Source of the DNA: an uncultured Nitrospinota bacterium
GTDB taxonomy: Bacteria; Tectomicrobia; Entotheonellia; J063; CAVPRW01
Length of the DNA: 64,000 nucleotides
Assembly: GCA_963707985.1 (NCBI GenBank)
Contig: CAVPRW010000007.1
Coordinates: forward strand, 1 to 64,000
Direction of reading: 5' to 3'
Under the pieces are notes generated by a model. That model saw nothing but the letters and a program-made list of their open reading frames with translations. It had not been told where the DNA came from and did not search any database. Position numbers and translations under genes: made by a program. Each line of letters begins with the position of its first letter. The first letter of the stretch is position 1. Of this stretch, positions 1-10,800 are shown in pieces.

Positions 1-97
1 CTGAGCGTCGTCCCAGAAGGAGAGGCGAGATACCGATGCGTGAGGGGCCAGCGAGGCACGGTACCAGCCGCTTGGCTCGAAAAAAAATGGCGCGTGG

Positions 98-124
98 TGT
101 CGATCGCGCTGCGGCTCGTTCGAC
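98..124 (+). promoter_or_regulatory. Putative ECF42-type promoter (TGTCGA-N17-CGAC)
   Basis: TGTCGA at 98-103 and CGAC at 121-124, just upstream of the RBS (AAGGAGG) of a DGPF gene followed by an ECF42-like sigma; matches the recalled ECF42 consensus. Confidence 0.65.
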
Positions 125-148
125 TACCTCTCGAAAGGAGGAATCGCC

Positions 149-502
149 ATGCAATACATGTTGATGTGCTGCTTCGATGAAATGGTGTGGGAGCAGTTGC
201 CGGAAGCCCGGAAGGACGGGATCATGCGGGAGTATAGCGCATTTATTCAGGGGATCGTGAAGAGCGGCCACCTGCGCGCCAGCACGAAGCTGCAACCGAG
301 CTCGATGGCCACCACCCTGCGCGAGAAGAACGGTAAGTTGATCACCACCGATGGACCATTCGCGGAAAGTAAAGAGCAGCTCGGAGGCTACCACCTGGTG
401 GAGTGTCAGGACCTCGACGAGGCGATGGCGATCGCCAGGCGCATTCCGACCCTCCGCGTCGGCGGTGCGATCGAGGTGCGGCCCGTGCTGCCGGGATTTT
501 AG
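149..502 (+). CDS. YciI/DGPF family protein
   Basis: TDGPFAESKEQLGGYHLVE motif; strong RBS. Confidence 0.92.
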   Translation: MQYMLMCCFDEMVWEQLPEARKDGIMREYSAFIQGIVKSGHLRASTKLQPSSMATTLREKNGKLITTDGPFAESKEQLGGYHLVECQDLDEAMAIARRIPTLRVGGAIEVRPVLPGF

Positions 503-504
503 TG

Positions 505-1709
505 ATGAACCTCGGAGAGTTCCACCGGCGGGAGTACGGGCGCATCCTGGCGAGCCTCATTCGCGTGGTCAGGGATTTCGACCTGGCCGAAGACGCGCTG
601 CAGGAGGCGTTTGCGGCGGCCCTCGCCCAGTGGCCAGCGCAGGGGCCCCCGCAGAACCCTGTCGCCTGGCTGATTGCGACGGCGCGGCATAAGGCCATCG
701 ACCAGCTCCGCCGCCGGACACTGGCGGCGGATAAGCAGGAGGCAATCGCGGCACTGGTCGCGCAGCGGGAGGATACGCCGGTGCCGCTGGACGCGTTGCG
801 GTTGATCTTCACATGCTGCCACCCAGCGCTCGCGCCCGAGGCGCAGGTGGCGTTGACGCTGCGCACCATCTGTGGCCTCTCGACGGAAGAGATCGCGCGG
901 GCCTTCCTCCTGCCGGTACCGACGCTGGCGCAACGGCTCGTACGCGCCAAGGCGAAGATTAAGGGCGCCCGCATCCCCTACGACGTGCCTGAGGACGACG
1001 AGCTTGCCGAGCGGCTCGACACCGTACTGGCGGTCGTCTACCTGGTCTTCAACGAGGGTTATGCGGCCAGCTTCGGCGCCGAACTGGTACGCACCGAGCT
1101 ATGTGTCGAAGCCATTCGGCTGGGCCGCCTCCTGGTCGAGCTCCTGCCCGCTGAACATGAGCCAAAAGGCCTGCTGGCGCTGATGCTGCTCCACGATGCC
1201 CGCCGCGCCACTCGCACCGATGATGAGGGCGCGATCGTGCTGCTCGAAGATCAGGACCGCTCGCGCTGGGATAGCGCCAAGATCGCCGCCGGCTCGGCGC
1301 TGGTTGAGCAGGCCCTGCGGGGCCGCCCGCCGGGCCCCTATGCCGTTCAGGCAGCTATCGCAGCCCTACATGCGCAGGCCCCGTCGGCGCGCGAAACCGA
1401 TTGGCCACAGATCGCCGCGCTGTACAGCGTGCTCGTGAGGCTTCACCCATCGCCGGTGGTCGAACTCAACCGCGCCGTGGCGATCGCGATGGCCGATGGG
1501 ATCGAGCACGGCCTTGCCCTGCTGGACACCATCCATCTGCCCGGCTATCACCTGCTGCCGGCCGCGCGCGCAGACCTGTTGCGTCGCCTGGGCCGTCGCA
1601 CCGAAGCGGCCGCAGCCTACCGGCAAGCATTGGCGCTGGTCACAAACACTGCCGAGCGGCAATTTCTCTCGAGCGGCGGTTGGCCGAGGTCAGCCTCCCT
1701 ACATGGTAA
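505..1709 (+). CDS. ECF42-type RNA polymerase sigma factor with C-terminal DUF6596/TPR extension (frameshift near 1665)
   Basis: DLAEDALQEAF, LRLIFTCCHPAL, YLVFNEGY, LEDQDRSRWD motifs; the conserved end FLERRLAEV appears in the frame of ORF 1401..1709 after a ctctct run. Confidence 0.88.
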
Positions 1710-1862
1710 AGATTGCACTGCAACCGTCGAAAACCTATCCCCAACGAGAGTTCCTCGGCAGAGTGTACCGAGGCAAACAGTCGCCCTCTGCTTGCCAATA
1801 AAAACGGCATCGTCTTGTCATCACTCCAAAGGCACAGTATTGTTCGTCGTCCCGACACCCGC

Positions 1863-4800
1863 CTAACCCATCAGGCACGTACGTAGGACCCTGGCCAGGG
1901 CCGATACATGGGGCGCCCTGACGAGGTTCATGTGGTCGCCGGGCACGTCATAGGCTATGACGGTAGCGGTGGTGTAGCGATCCCAGCCTCGGTGTGCATC
2001 TTCCCGAGTTTTCGCTACCCCTGCGTTGAATTGCGCCCACGTGCGGTTCATGACCTCGATTCGGGTCAGGACGGTCGGGTCGTCGATCACCTGGCGGAAA
2101 TGTTCATCGTCGATGACCTTTGCCTGAAATTCACTGGCTTTGAACAGGGTGATGGCGGCGTTAATGGGCCCTTCGGGGACATATGCCATCTGGTTGTTGG
2201 CATTGAAGACCTGGAACAGACCTTTGACGCGCGTGATCGACGTGTCAGGCAGAACAATATTGTGTTGCTTCAGTTCATGCAAGATACGCGCGAGCTTGTG
2301 GTCCAGCTCCTGATCGGCGACGATGCCAGAAAGCATGCCGAAATCGCCGCTGATATCCAAGCCCAAGGCTCCAGCGAAGGCAATCAGGAGAGTCGTCTCG
2401 TCCCAGTCATGGCGATGCTCGTCCAGTCGTGGGGCACTACAATCCAGGAGCACGAGGCACTCGACTTTCTGTCCCATCCGTTCGAGCACTCTGGTCATTT
2501 CGAAGGCGACCCGGCCGCCGAAGGAGTGCCCACCCAGCATGTACGGGCCCTCCGGCCGAATGGTGCGCATGGCCTGAATGTAGTGCTCGGCGATCCGGGA
2601 TACACTAGCGTAAGGCTCCGACCGGCCGTCCAGCCCCTTCGCCTGGAAGGCATAGAAGGGTTGGTCCTGGCCGAGTTGCCTGGCCAGCTCGTTGAGGTAT
2701 AAAGCAGTGCCGCCTGCCCCTGGCACACAGAAGAAGGGCGGTTTTGTGCCCAGGGCCTGGAGGGTCACAATCGTCGGCTCGTTGCCGGTATCTTCCCCGC
2801 GCAGGATTTCAGCGAGTTGCTCGATGGTCGGCGCCTGGAACAGGGTGGCCAGAGGCAGTTCCCGACCCATCCGTTCCTCGATGAGGACCATCAATCTGAT
2901 AGCTAGCAACGAGTGGCCACCCAGGGCGAAGAAGTCTTGCCGGATGTCGACATGTGGCACTTCTAACACCTCTTCCCAGATGCGGGTGAGCTCCAGCTCG
3001 ACGGCATCCCGCGGCATAACGCTGTCTTCGCGGGTGATGACCTCGGGCAGCGGTAGGCCACGACGGTTGATCTTACCGGAAGGCGTCAAGGGCATCTGCT
3101 CGAGGCACACGAAGGCGGAGGGCACCATGTAGTCGGCCAGTTGCTGTCCGACAAAGGCTTTGAGATCACCCTGGTCCAGCGCCTGCCCGCCTTTTCCCAC
3201 GAGGTAGGCGACGATCCGTTTGTCCTCACGCATATCGACGGTGATGACAGCAGCGCTTTTGACGTCAGGATGCGCGGCGAGGATGGCTTCGATTTCACCA
3301 AGCTCGATGCGATGCCCGCGCACTTTGACCTGGTGATCGATGCGGCCGAGGAACTCGATAGTGCCGTCGTCGCAATAGTAGGCGAGATCGCCACTGTTGT
3401 AAAGCCGGGCGCCCGGAGCCTCGCTGAAGGGGTCGGGAATGAATTTTTCGGCGGTGAGCGCAGGCCTCCCGTGATACCCCCGACCAGGTCCAGTGCCGCC
3501 GATGTGCAACTCACCTGGTACACCCATAGGTGTCGGATAAGCGTACTGATCGAGAATGTAGATCTTTTTGTTGGCCAGCGGCCGGCCAATGGGGATGCGA
3601 GGAAGGTGTTCCGTGTCCAGGTCCGGTTCGACCTGGTGGAAGGTAGCTTTGGCCGTGACCTCAGTGGGTCCGTAGACATTCAGCAGGGTGACGCGATCCT
3701 TGAGCATGGCCTGCCAGAGTCGGACGGTTTCCACGGCCAGGACGTCGCCGCAGGAGATGAGGAGCTTGAGGTCGGCTGGGATGAGCCGGGGGTTCAGCTG
3801 CCATTCCCGGAAGAGCGCCAGGATGAACGCCGGCGGCAACTGGATAATATTGACTTTCAAGGTCACTAGCATGGCGCTGAACGGTTTCGGTAACAGGACC
3901 TCCAGGTCTCGAATGGCAACGGTGGCGCCGATCGATAGGGGGGCGAAGATCTGCTCGATGGAGGCGTCGAAGCTGATCGGCGACTGCAGGCAGACCCGCT
4001 CACCAGGGGCCATGCGGAAGTAGTCACGGATGGAGTAACAGTGCCGGGTGGTGGTGAGATGGGGAATCATGACGCCCTTCGGTCTGCCCGTAGAGCCTGA
4101 GGTATAGATGACGTAGGCGAGGTTCTCAGGCTGCAGCGCCGGCGGCTTGTACAAGGCGTGGCAGCGGTCGATGGCTGACCAGTCCTTGTCCAGGTATATC
4201 AACTCCAGCATGGAGATGCGGCTCTTGAACGCATGGGCCAGCGAGTCCAATGACTCGGTCGTAAGCAGGAACGCCACTTTGGCATCCTCGATCATGTAGA
4301 CCAGTCGTTCCTCGGGCAGCGCGGGATCAAGCGGTACATAGACGCCCCCAGCCTTGAGGATGCCCATGGCACCGACCACGATTTCCATGGATCGGTCTAG
4401 GCACAGGCCGACAAAAACTTCCGGCCCAACTCCCTGCCGTTGCAGATAGGCGGCGAGGGCGCTGCTGCGTTTGTCCAACTCGGCATAGGTCAGGACCTGG
4501 TCCTTGAAGACGACGGCGGTGCCGTCCGGGGTCCTGGCGGCCTGTTCTTCAAACAGTTGGAAGAGTATCTCCGCCTTGGGAAATGCCCGAGCGGTGTTGT
4601 TCCAGTCGTGCAGCATGGCTATCTTGTGCTCGGCCGAGAAGACGTCATACCCAGCGATGGTCCCATACGGTTGCTCCACCACGGCTGCTGCCAGGTGGGT
4701 GAAATGCTCGAGCAAGCGCTGCATGGTCGCAGACGCGTACAACTCCGGATTGTACTTGATGTTGAGGGTGAAGCGATCGGACTCCTCATACACTTCCAGT

Positions 4801-7800
4801 CCCAGATCCTTGTCACCTTCCTGGTGGATCCCTTTGAGAAATTCCGTATGCAGGGCGCCCTCGCGCTCGGCGTGTTGGAGATCCGCGCTGACGGGTGCCA
4901 TATAGTTCTGGTACGCGTAATAGGTCTGGAAGATGGGAGAAATCGACTGGTCTCGATCCACTTTCAGCTCCCGCACCAGCTCGGAAAACGGGTACACCGC
5001 GTGGTCCAGGTTGTCGATCATGGTGAGTTGCAGGGTTTTGAGATAATCGATGAAAGTTTGGTCACCTGAGACGCGACTACGCACCGCCATCATATTGATG
5101 AAACAGCCCATGACTCGGTCGAAGATATTTTTCGGACGCCCCATGGTGGGCATACCCACGATGAGGTCTTCCTGATGCGTGTAGCGGTGCAGAAGGACTT
5201 TGTAGAGACCGAGGAGCAGGGTGGACAGGCTGACCCGCTGCGATCGGGCCAAGGCTCTTAACCGCTCGCTTAACGCCGGATCGATCGACGCCTCGATGGT
5301 GGCGCCGCTGAAGCCACGCACGGCTGGCCGGGGCTGGTCCGTGCGCAGTGCCAGGATGGGTAGCTCCCCAGCCAGATGTTGCTGCCACCAGGCGAGGTGC
5401 TCCCGCCCTTCCGAGCTCGCCATCATGGCCTCCTCCCAGTGCACAAAGTCCTGGTAGCTCGCGTCCTTGGCCACAGGGCTCGGTGCTTTCCCCTGACTCA
5501 GGGCATGGTAGGTACTCACCAGTGCCCGAGCCAGCAGGACGCTCGACGTGCCGTCAAAGACAATGTGATGAATAGTGATCAGGCCGATATGGTCCCGTTC
5601 CGGCCCACGCTGGCGTGAGAACAGGTGGACGCGCATCAGTGGACCATGTTCGAGATCGATGGGTTCCTTGACTTTGGCACTGAGGAACGGGACGATGTCG
5701 CGTTCGTCTAGGTGGTCGATCACTTCGTGCTCGAAGGCGAATTCTCGTTGCGCAGGAATGTATTGCCGTGGTTGACCGTTAACCTCGACAAACAAGCTAC
5801 CCAGGATGGGATATTGATCAAGAAGATAGGCACAGGTGTGGCGGAAAATGTGCACATCAAAATCCTGTTTGAAGCGAATGGCCACCGGCACGTTATAGGC
5901 GCTCATCTCGGGAGAGAACTTCTGCAGCAGCCACAGGCCCTCCTGCACTTTTGATAGGGGATAATCCGCGACGGGGCTGGGCTCGAGAGGCGATGGAGCC
6001 GAAGGGGTAGCATCCGCTTGAATCGCCTCCTGCAGCGCTGTAGCGAGGACGCGAACATGTGGCTCATGGATCATGTCCATGTGATTGCCAGGCACGTGCC
6101 GCACCTCGATCTGCCTACTGGAGAACCGGCCCCACCCAAGCTGCGCGTCCTCGGCCCAGAGCCGCAGAAGCTCCCGATCATACTCCGCCCACGCGGCGCT
6201 CATCTCCTGCAAGCGGTGCAACAGTCTTGGCTCGTTGGTAATCCTGGCAAATGCCTCACGGCTGATCAAAGCCTCCGAGTGGGGCCTCTCGGCTGCCAAC
6301 AGGGTCATCCTGGTATGGGTGAGCGGCCTTTGGGGCGTATACTGCATCAGGCTATTCGTCAGATAGACCTGGAAAATCCCTCTGAATTGGCGCCTGTCGA
6401 CGGGTAATGGGAAGGAGTCGAGCCTGATCACTTCTTCGTATAACAGCGCCAGCTTCTCATCTCGATCCATCTCACCCAGCATATTGCGCACCAGCTCGGA
6501 ATTGTCATTGATTCCTATCCCCAAAATGCTGGCAAACGCCAGAAGCAGGGCGGACTCATCCCAGGTTTGACTCAGGTTGAGGCTGCCGGGAGCGGGGCAA
6601 TCGATCAGCACCAGCGCTCCGACCTCGTGTCCCAGAGCTTCCAGTTGCAGCGCCATCTCAAAGGCAATATGCCCCCCAAACGAATGACCGCCTAGCAGGT
6701 ATGGGCCGGTCGGTTGCACGGTCGTGATGGCCTGAACGTAGTGGTAGGCGATGTCCTCCACACTAGTGTAGGGGGCCGTTTCCCCGTCCACTCCCCGCGA
6801 CTGCAAGCCGTAGAAGGGTTGGTCACGACCGAGGAGGCTCGCCAGTTTGAGAAAGTAAAACACCGTGCCCCCTACACCTGGCGCGCAATAGAACGGTCGC
6901 TTGGTGCCCTTTTGCAGGGTCACGAGATGCGTAAAGTCACGGATTGTGCTGTCGCCTCGGAGGATTTGCGCCAGAGCTTCGATGGTCGGCGCCTGCAGCA
7001 GGGTGGCCAGGGGCAGTTCCCTGCCGAACCGGTCGCGTATCAGCGCTAGCAGTCTGATGGCCAGAATGGAATGACCGCCCATGGCGAAGAAGTCGTCCTG
7101 GAGCCCAGGATTGCTGACGTCGAGTAACTCTTCCCAGGTCCGAGCAAGTTTCTGCTCCAACTCGTCTCGTGCAGGCGTAACGGCCGGCCCTTCGAGCTTT
7201 GGCGGCATGGGGAGTGCCAGCCGATCGATCTTCCCTGAAGCGGTCAGTGGCATGCGCTCGAGCACCACAAACCTGGTCGGCACCATGTACTCCGGCAGCT
7301 TCTGTCGCAAAAAGCTCTGTAAGTCTTGCGGATCAGGTTCGTCACCAGGATTCGCAACCACATACCCCACGAGGCGTTTGTCATCCCGACCATCCACGGT
7401 CATGACCGCCGCGTGCGCAACCCAGGGATGGCCAGCAAGGGCCGCTTCGATCTCACCCAACTCGATGCGATAACCACGGATTTTGACCTGATGATCTATC
7501 CGGCCCAGAAATTCGATGGTACCGTCGGGCAGGATTCGGCCTAGATCACCGGTCTTGTACAGCCTGGCCCCCGGTTGATCGGTAAACGGGTCCGGCACGA
7601 AGGCTGCCCCTGTGAGCGCAGGACGGTGTCGGTACCCCCTGGCGGCTCCCATGCCGCCGATGTGGATTTCGCCAGCCTCACCGATCGGTGAGGCTGGCCA
7701 TCGCGGTTCAGGATGTATACTTGCCTGTCCCCCAACGGGCGCCCGAGCGGGATCTTAGTGATCGCCTCGGAGATCGGGACAACGTTATGCAGACAGGCGG

Positions 7801-10800
7801 TGACGGTTGTCTCAGTCGGCCCGTAGGCATTCAATAAGGTCACGCAGTCCTGCAGCATGGTCTGCCAGAGCTGCACGGCCTCGACCGCCAGGACGTCGCC
7901 ACCGGTAATGAGCGTTTGCAGCGTCGTGGGAATCACTTCTGGGCTACGTTGCCACTCGCGCAACAGCTCCAGAGCAAACGCCGGAGGGATGTTCAGGATG
8001 TTGATCCGGCGTGCCGCTAGCATCGCGCTGAACGGCTTCGGTGCGAGGGATGCCGGATCTGCCAACACCAGGACTGCCCCCGCCGACAGCGTGGCGAAGA
8101 CCTGCTCGACGGAGGCATCGAAGCTGAGCGGCGTAAACTGCAGCACGCGCTTGCCCGAGTCCAACCCCCAACGGCTCTGGACGACCTTACACTGCCCGGC
8201 GGCGGCGTGATGGGAGATCATCACCCCTTTGGGCTGGCCCGTGGACCCCGAGGTATAAATCATATACGCCAGGTTGTGCCCGTGGACACGGTGCTGACGC
8301 CCATGAGGGTTGGGCCGCTCGATACTCTGCCAGACACGATCGAGCCCGATGAGGCTCAGTGTGGGGTGGTGCGCTTGCAGGTCCTGTAGTCGGGAGCAGG
8401 CGCTGGTGCAGGTCAAGAGAATGGCCATCCCCGAATCGCCAATGATGTAGTCGATTCGCTCTGCAGCAAAGCTCGGGTCAAGAGGCACATAGGCGGCGCC
8501 GGCCTTGAGGATGCCCAGGACACTTACCAGCATGTCCAGGGAACGTGCCATGCATAGGCCGACCAGGGTCTCGGCTCCCGCCCCCTGTTGTTGCAGGTAC
8601 TTGGCGAGCCGCGTGCTCCTGGCATCCAGTTCCCCATAGGTCAGACTCGTATCGTTGAAGACCACCGCGATCCGCTCCGGCGTTTGCCTGGCGTGCACTT
8701 CAAACAACTGGTGGAGGAGAGTCGCATCGACGTGTTCTCCTTCCGAGCGACGATCCTCAGAAGTATCCCGATCGATCTCAACTGCGTCAACCGGTGGTGA
8801 AACTTCTTGTCCGATGCTGGTTTCAGCGCTCGATAGCTGCAGCGCTTGTTGTTCTGTTTTGCGCTCCAGCTTATCGGCCAGGTACCTGGATAATGACCCC
8901 ACCGTCGGGTATTCCAGCATCTCTCGGCCACTTACCTTGGCTCCGAAGATTTCTTCAATGCCACGGGTCATTTTCAAGACCGCGATAGAATCGGCGCCAT
9001 AATCCTGGAAGTTTTTGTGTGGCTTGATCTCATCGATAGGGATGCTCAGCTCTTCAGACAGGACCGCGGTCAACACGTAGATGATCTGGTCCTGTATCGA
9101 CAGTGCGCCGAATGATTCGGATGTCATGCGCGGCAGCTTACCGGTTCCCTCTCCCTCCGGGAGAGGGTCAGGGTGAGAGTGGCCCCAAACCTGTTCAGCA
9201 CTTCGACTGCCCTCACCTGAGCCCTCTTCGTCTGGGGAAAGGCGACTTCTGCTGCCTCTATGCACGAGGTCAGAAGCGAGGGGACTGCCATTGGTCGAAG
9301 ACACCTCAGGGACAATCCAGCAGCGCTGCCGGGCAAAGGGATAATTGGGCAGTTGCACCTTGCGAAGCGTCTTCCCGGCATGGAGGCTATCCCAGGGTAT
9401 GTTGCCGCCCTGGGTCCAATGCAGTGCCAGCTTTTCCAGGTTGCGTTCCCCCAGGAACACCTGCACGATAGCTTCCCCCGCCTTACCGGCAAGCAGGCTA
9501 CGAATATCCATGCCATCCCCGTCCAGATCCCCAATAAACATGGGGACGGAAACGGCCAGGACACCGGGCTTCAGGTTCGTTCCGTCGCCTGCGACCTGTA
9601 GGAATTCTTCGAGCCCCTGCACCAGCTCGTCTCGGCTGGCCACGACCATCGCCATGCGGTTCGCCATGGCTTCACGCCCCATCTGCAGCGCATAGGCCAG
9701 ATCCGCCAGGGCACATGCTGGATGGTGCCGCACGAACCCGAGCATTTGCTCCGCCACCGCCCGCAGTCGGTCCATACTCTTGGCCGACAAGACCACGATC
9801 TGCAGTGCATCGGCCGTCGCGGCAGGTGCAGTTTCCCCTACCCCTGGTGCTACCCCTGTCGCGTGGCGAGAAGCGCTCGGCTGGCCATTCAGCGACCGTG
9901 ACTCTATCCCTGCCCCGATAAACTCCTCGACGATCAGGTGGGCGTTGGAGCCACCGGCGCCGAAGGAGCTGACGGTGGCTCGCCGGGGACACTCCTCTAC
10001 CGCCGTCGACCACGGGTCGCCGCCACTCGCTCAACAAGCGTTGCAGGTAAAACGGCGAGTCGTCAAAGCTGAGGTTGGGATTGAGCGGCTCTGCCTTGAT
10101 CGAGGGCACCAGCAGGCCATGCTGCAATTGTAAGATCACCTTAGTGAGCTGCGACATGCCAGAAGCGGCCTCAGCGTGGCCGATGTTGGATTTGACCGAG
10201 CCAATCGCACAGAAGCCCTGGTCCCTGGTGAACTCGCGGAACGCCTTGGTCAGCGCCGTGATCTCAAGAGGATCGCCGAGGGCAGAGCCGTTGGCGGCAG
10301 ATTCCACATAACTGATGGTATGGGGATCGATCCCAGCCTTGTGGAAATTGTCGATGATTAACTGCGCCTGAGCATTGGGGTTGGGCACGGAATAGCCGTG
10401 CGTATGCCCGCTATGGTTAATGGCACTGGACTTGATGACGGCGAGAATCGAGTCCGCATCCTGAACCGCCTGGGCCAGGGGTTTTAGTAAGACGGCGCCC
10501 ACCCCCTCAGCGGGAATATAGCCGTCGCCGTCGGCGAAGCTTCGGCTGTTGGCATGGCTGCCGGCGATGTGGGCAAGACTCAGAGCCAGGTACTTTTTCG
10601 GGTGAATGGAAAGATTGACGCCCCCGGCGATAGCCAGCCGGCACTCGCCCTTGAGCAGGCTCTCACAGGCTATATGAATCGCCACCAGCGCGGAGGAACA
10701 GGCGGTATCGATGGCCATGCTCGGCCCCTGGAAGTCAAAAAAGTAGGAGACACGGTTGGCGATCGAGTAATAAGAGGACAGGGCAATCGCCGATTCCCTG

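Noticed and set aside
1710..1866. C-terminal extension of sigma ORF 403..1866
   Set aside because: Product of a frameshift near 1665; the conserved terminus ends at 1709
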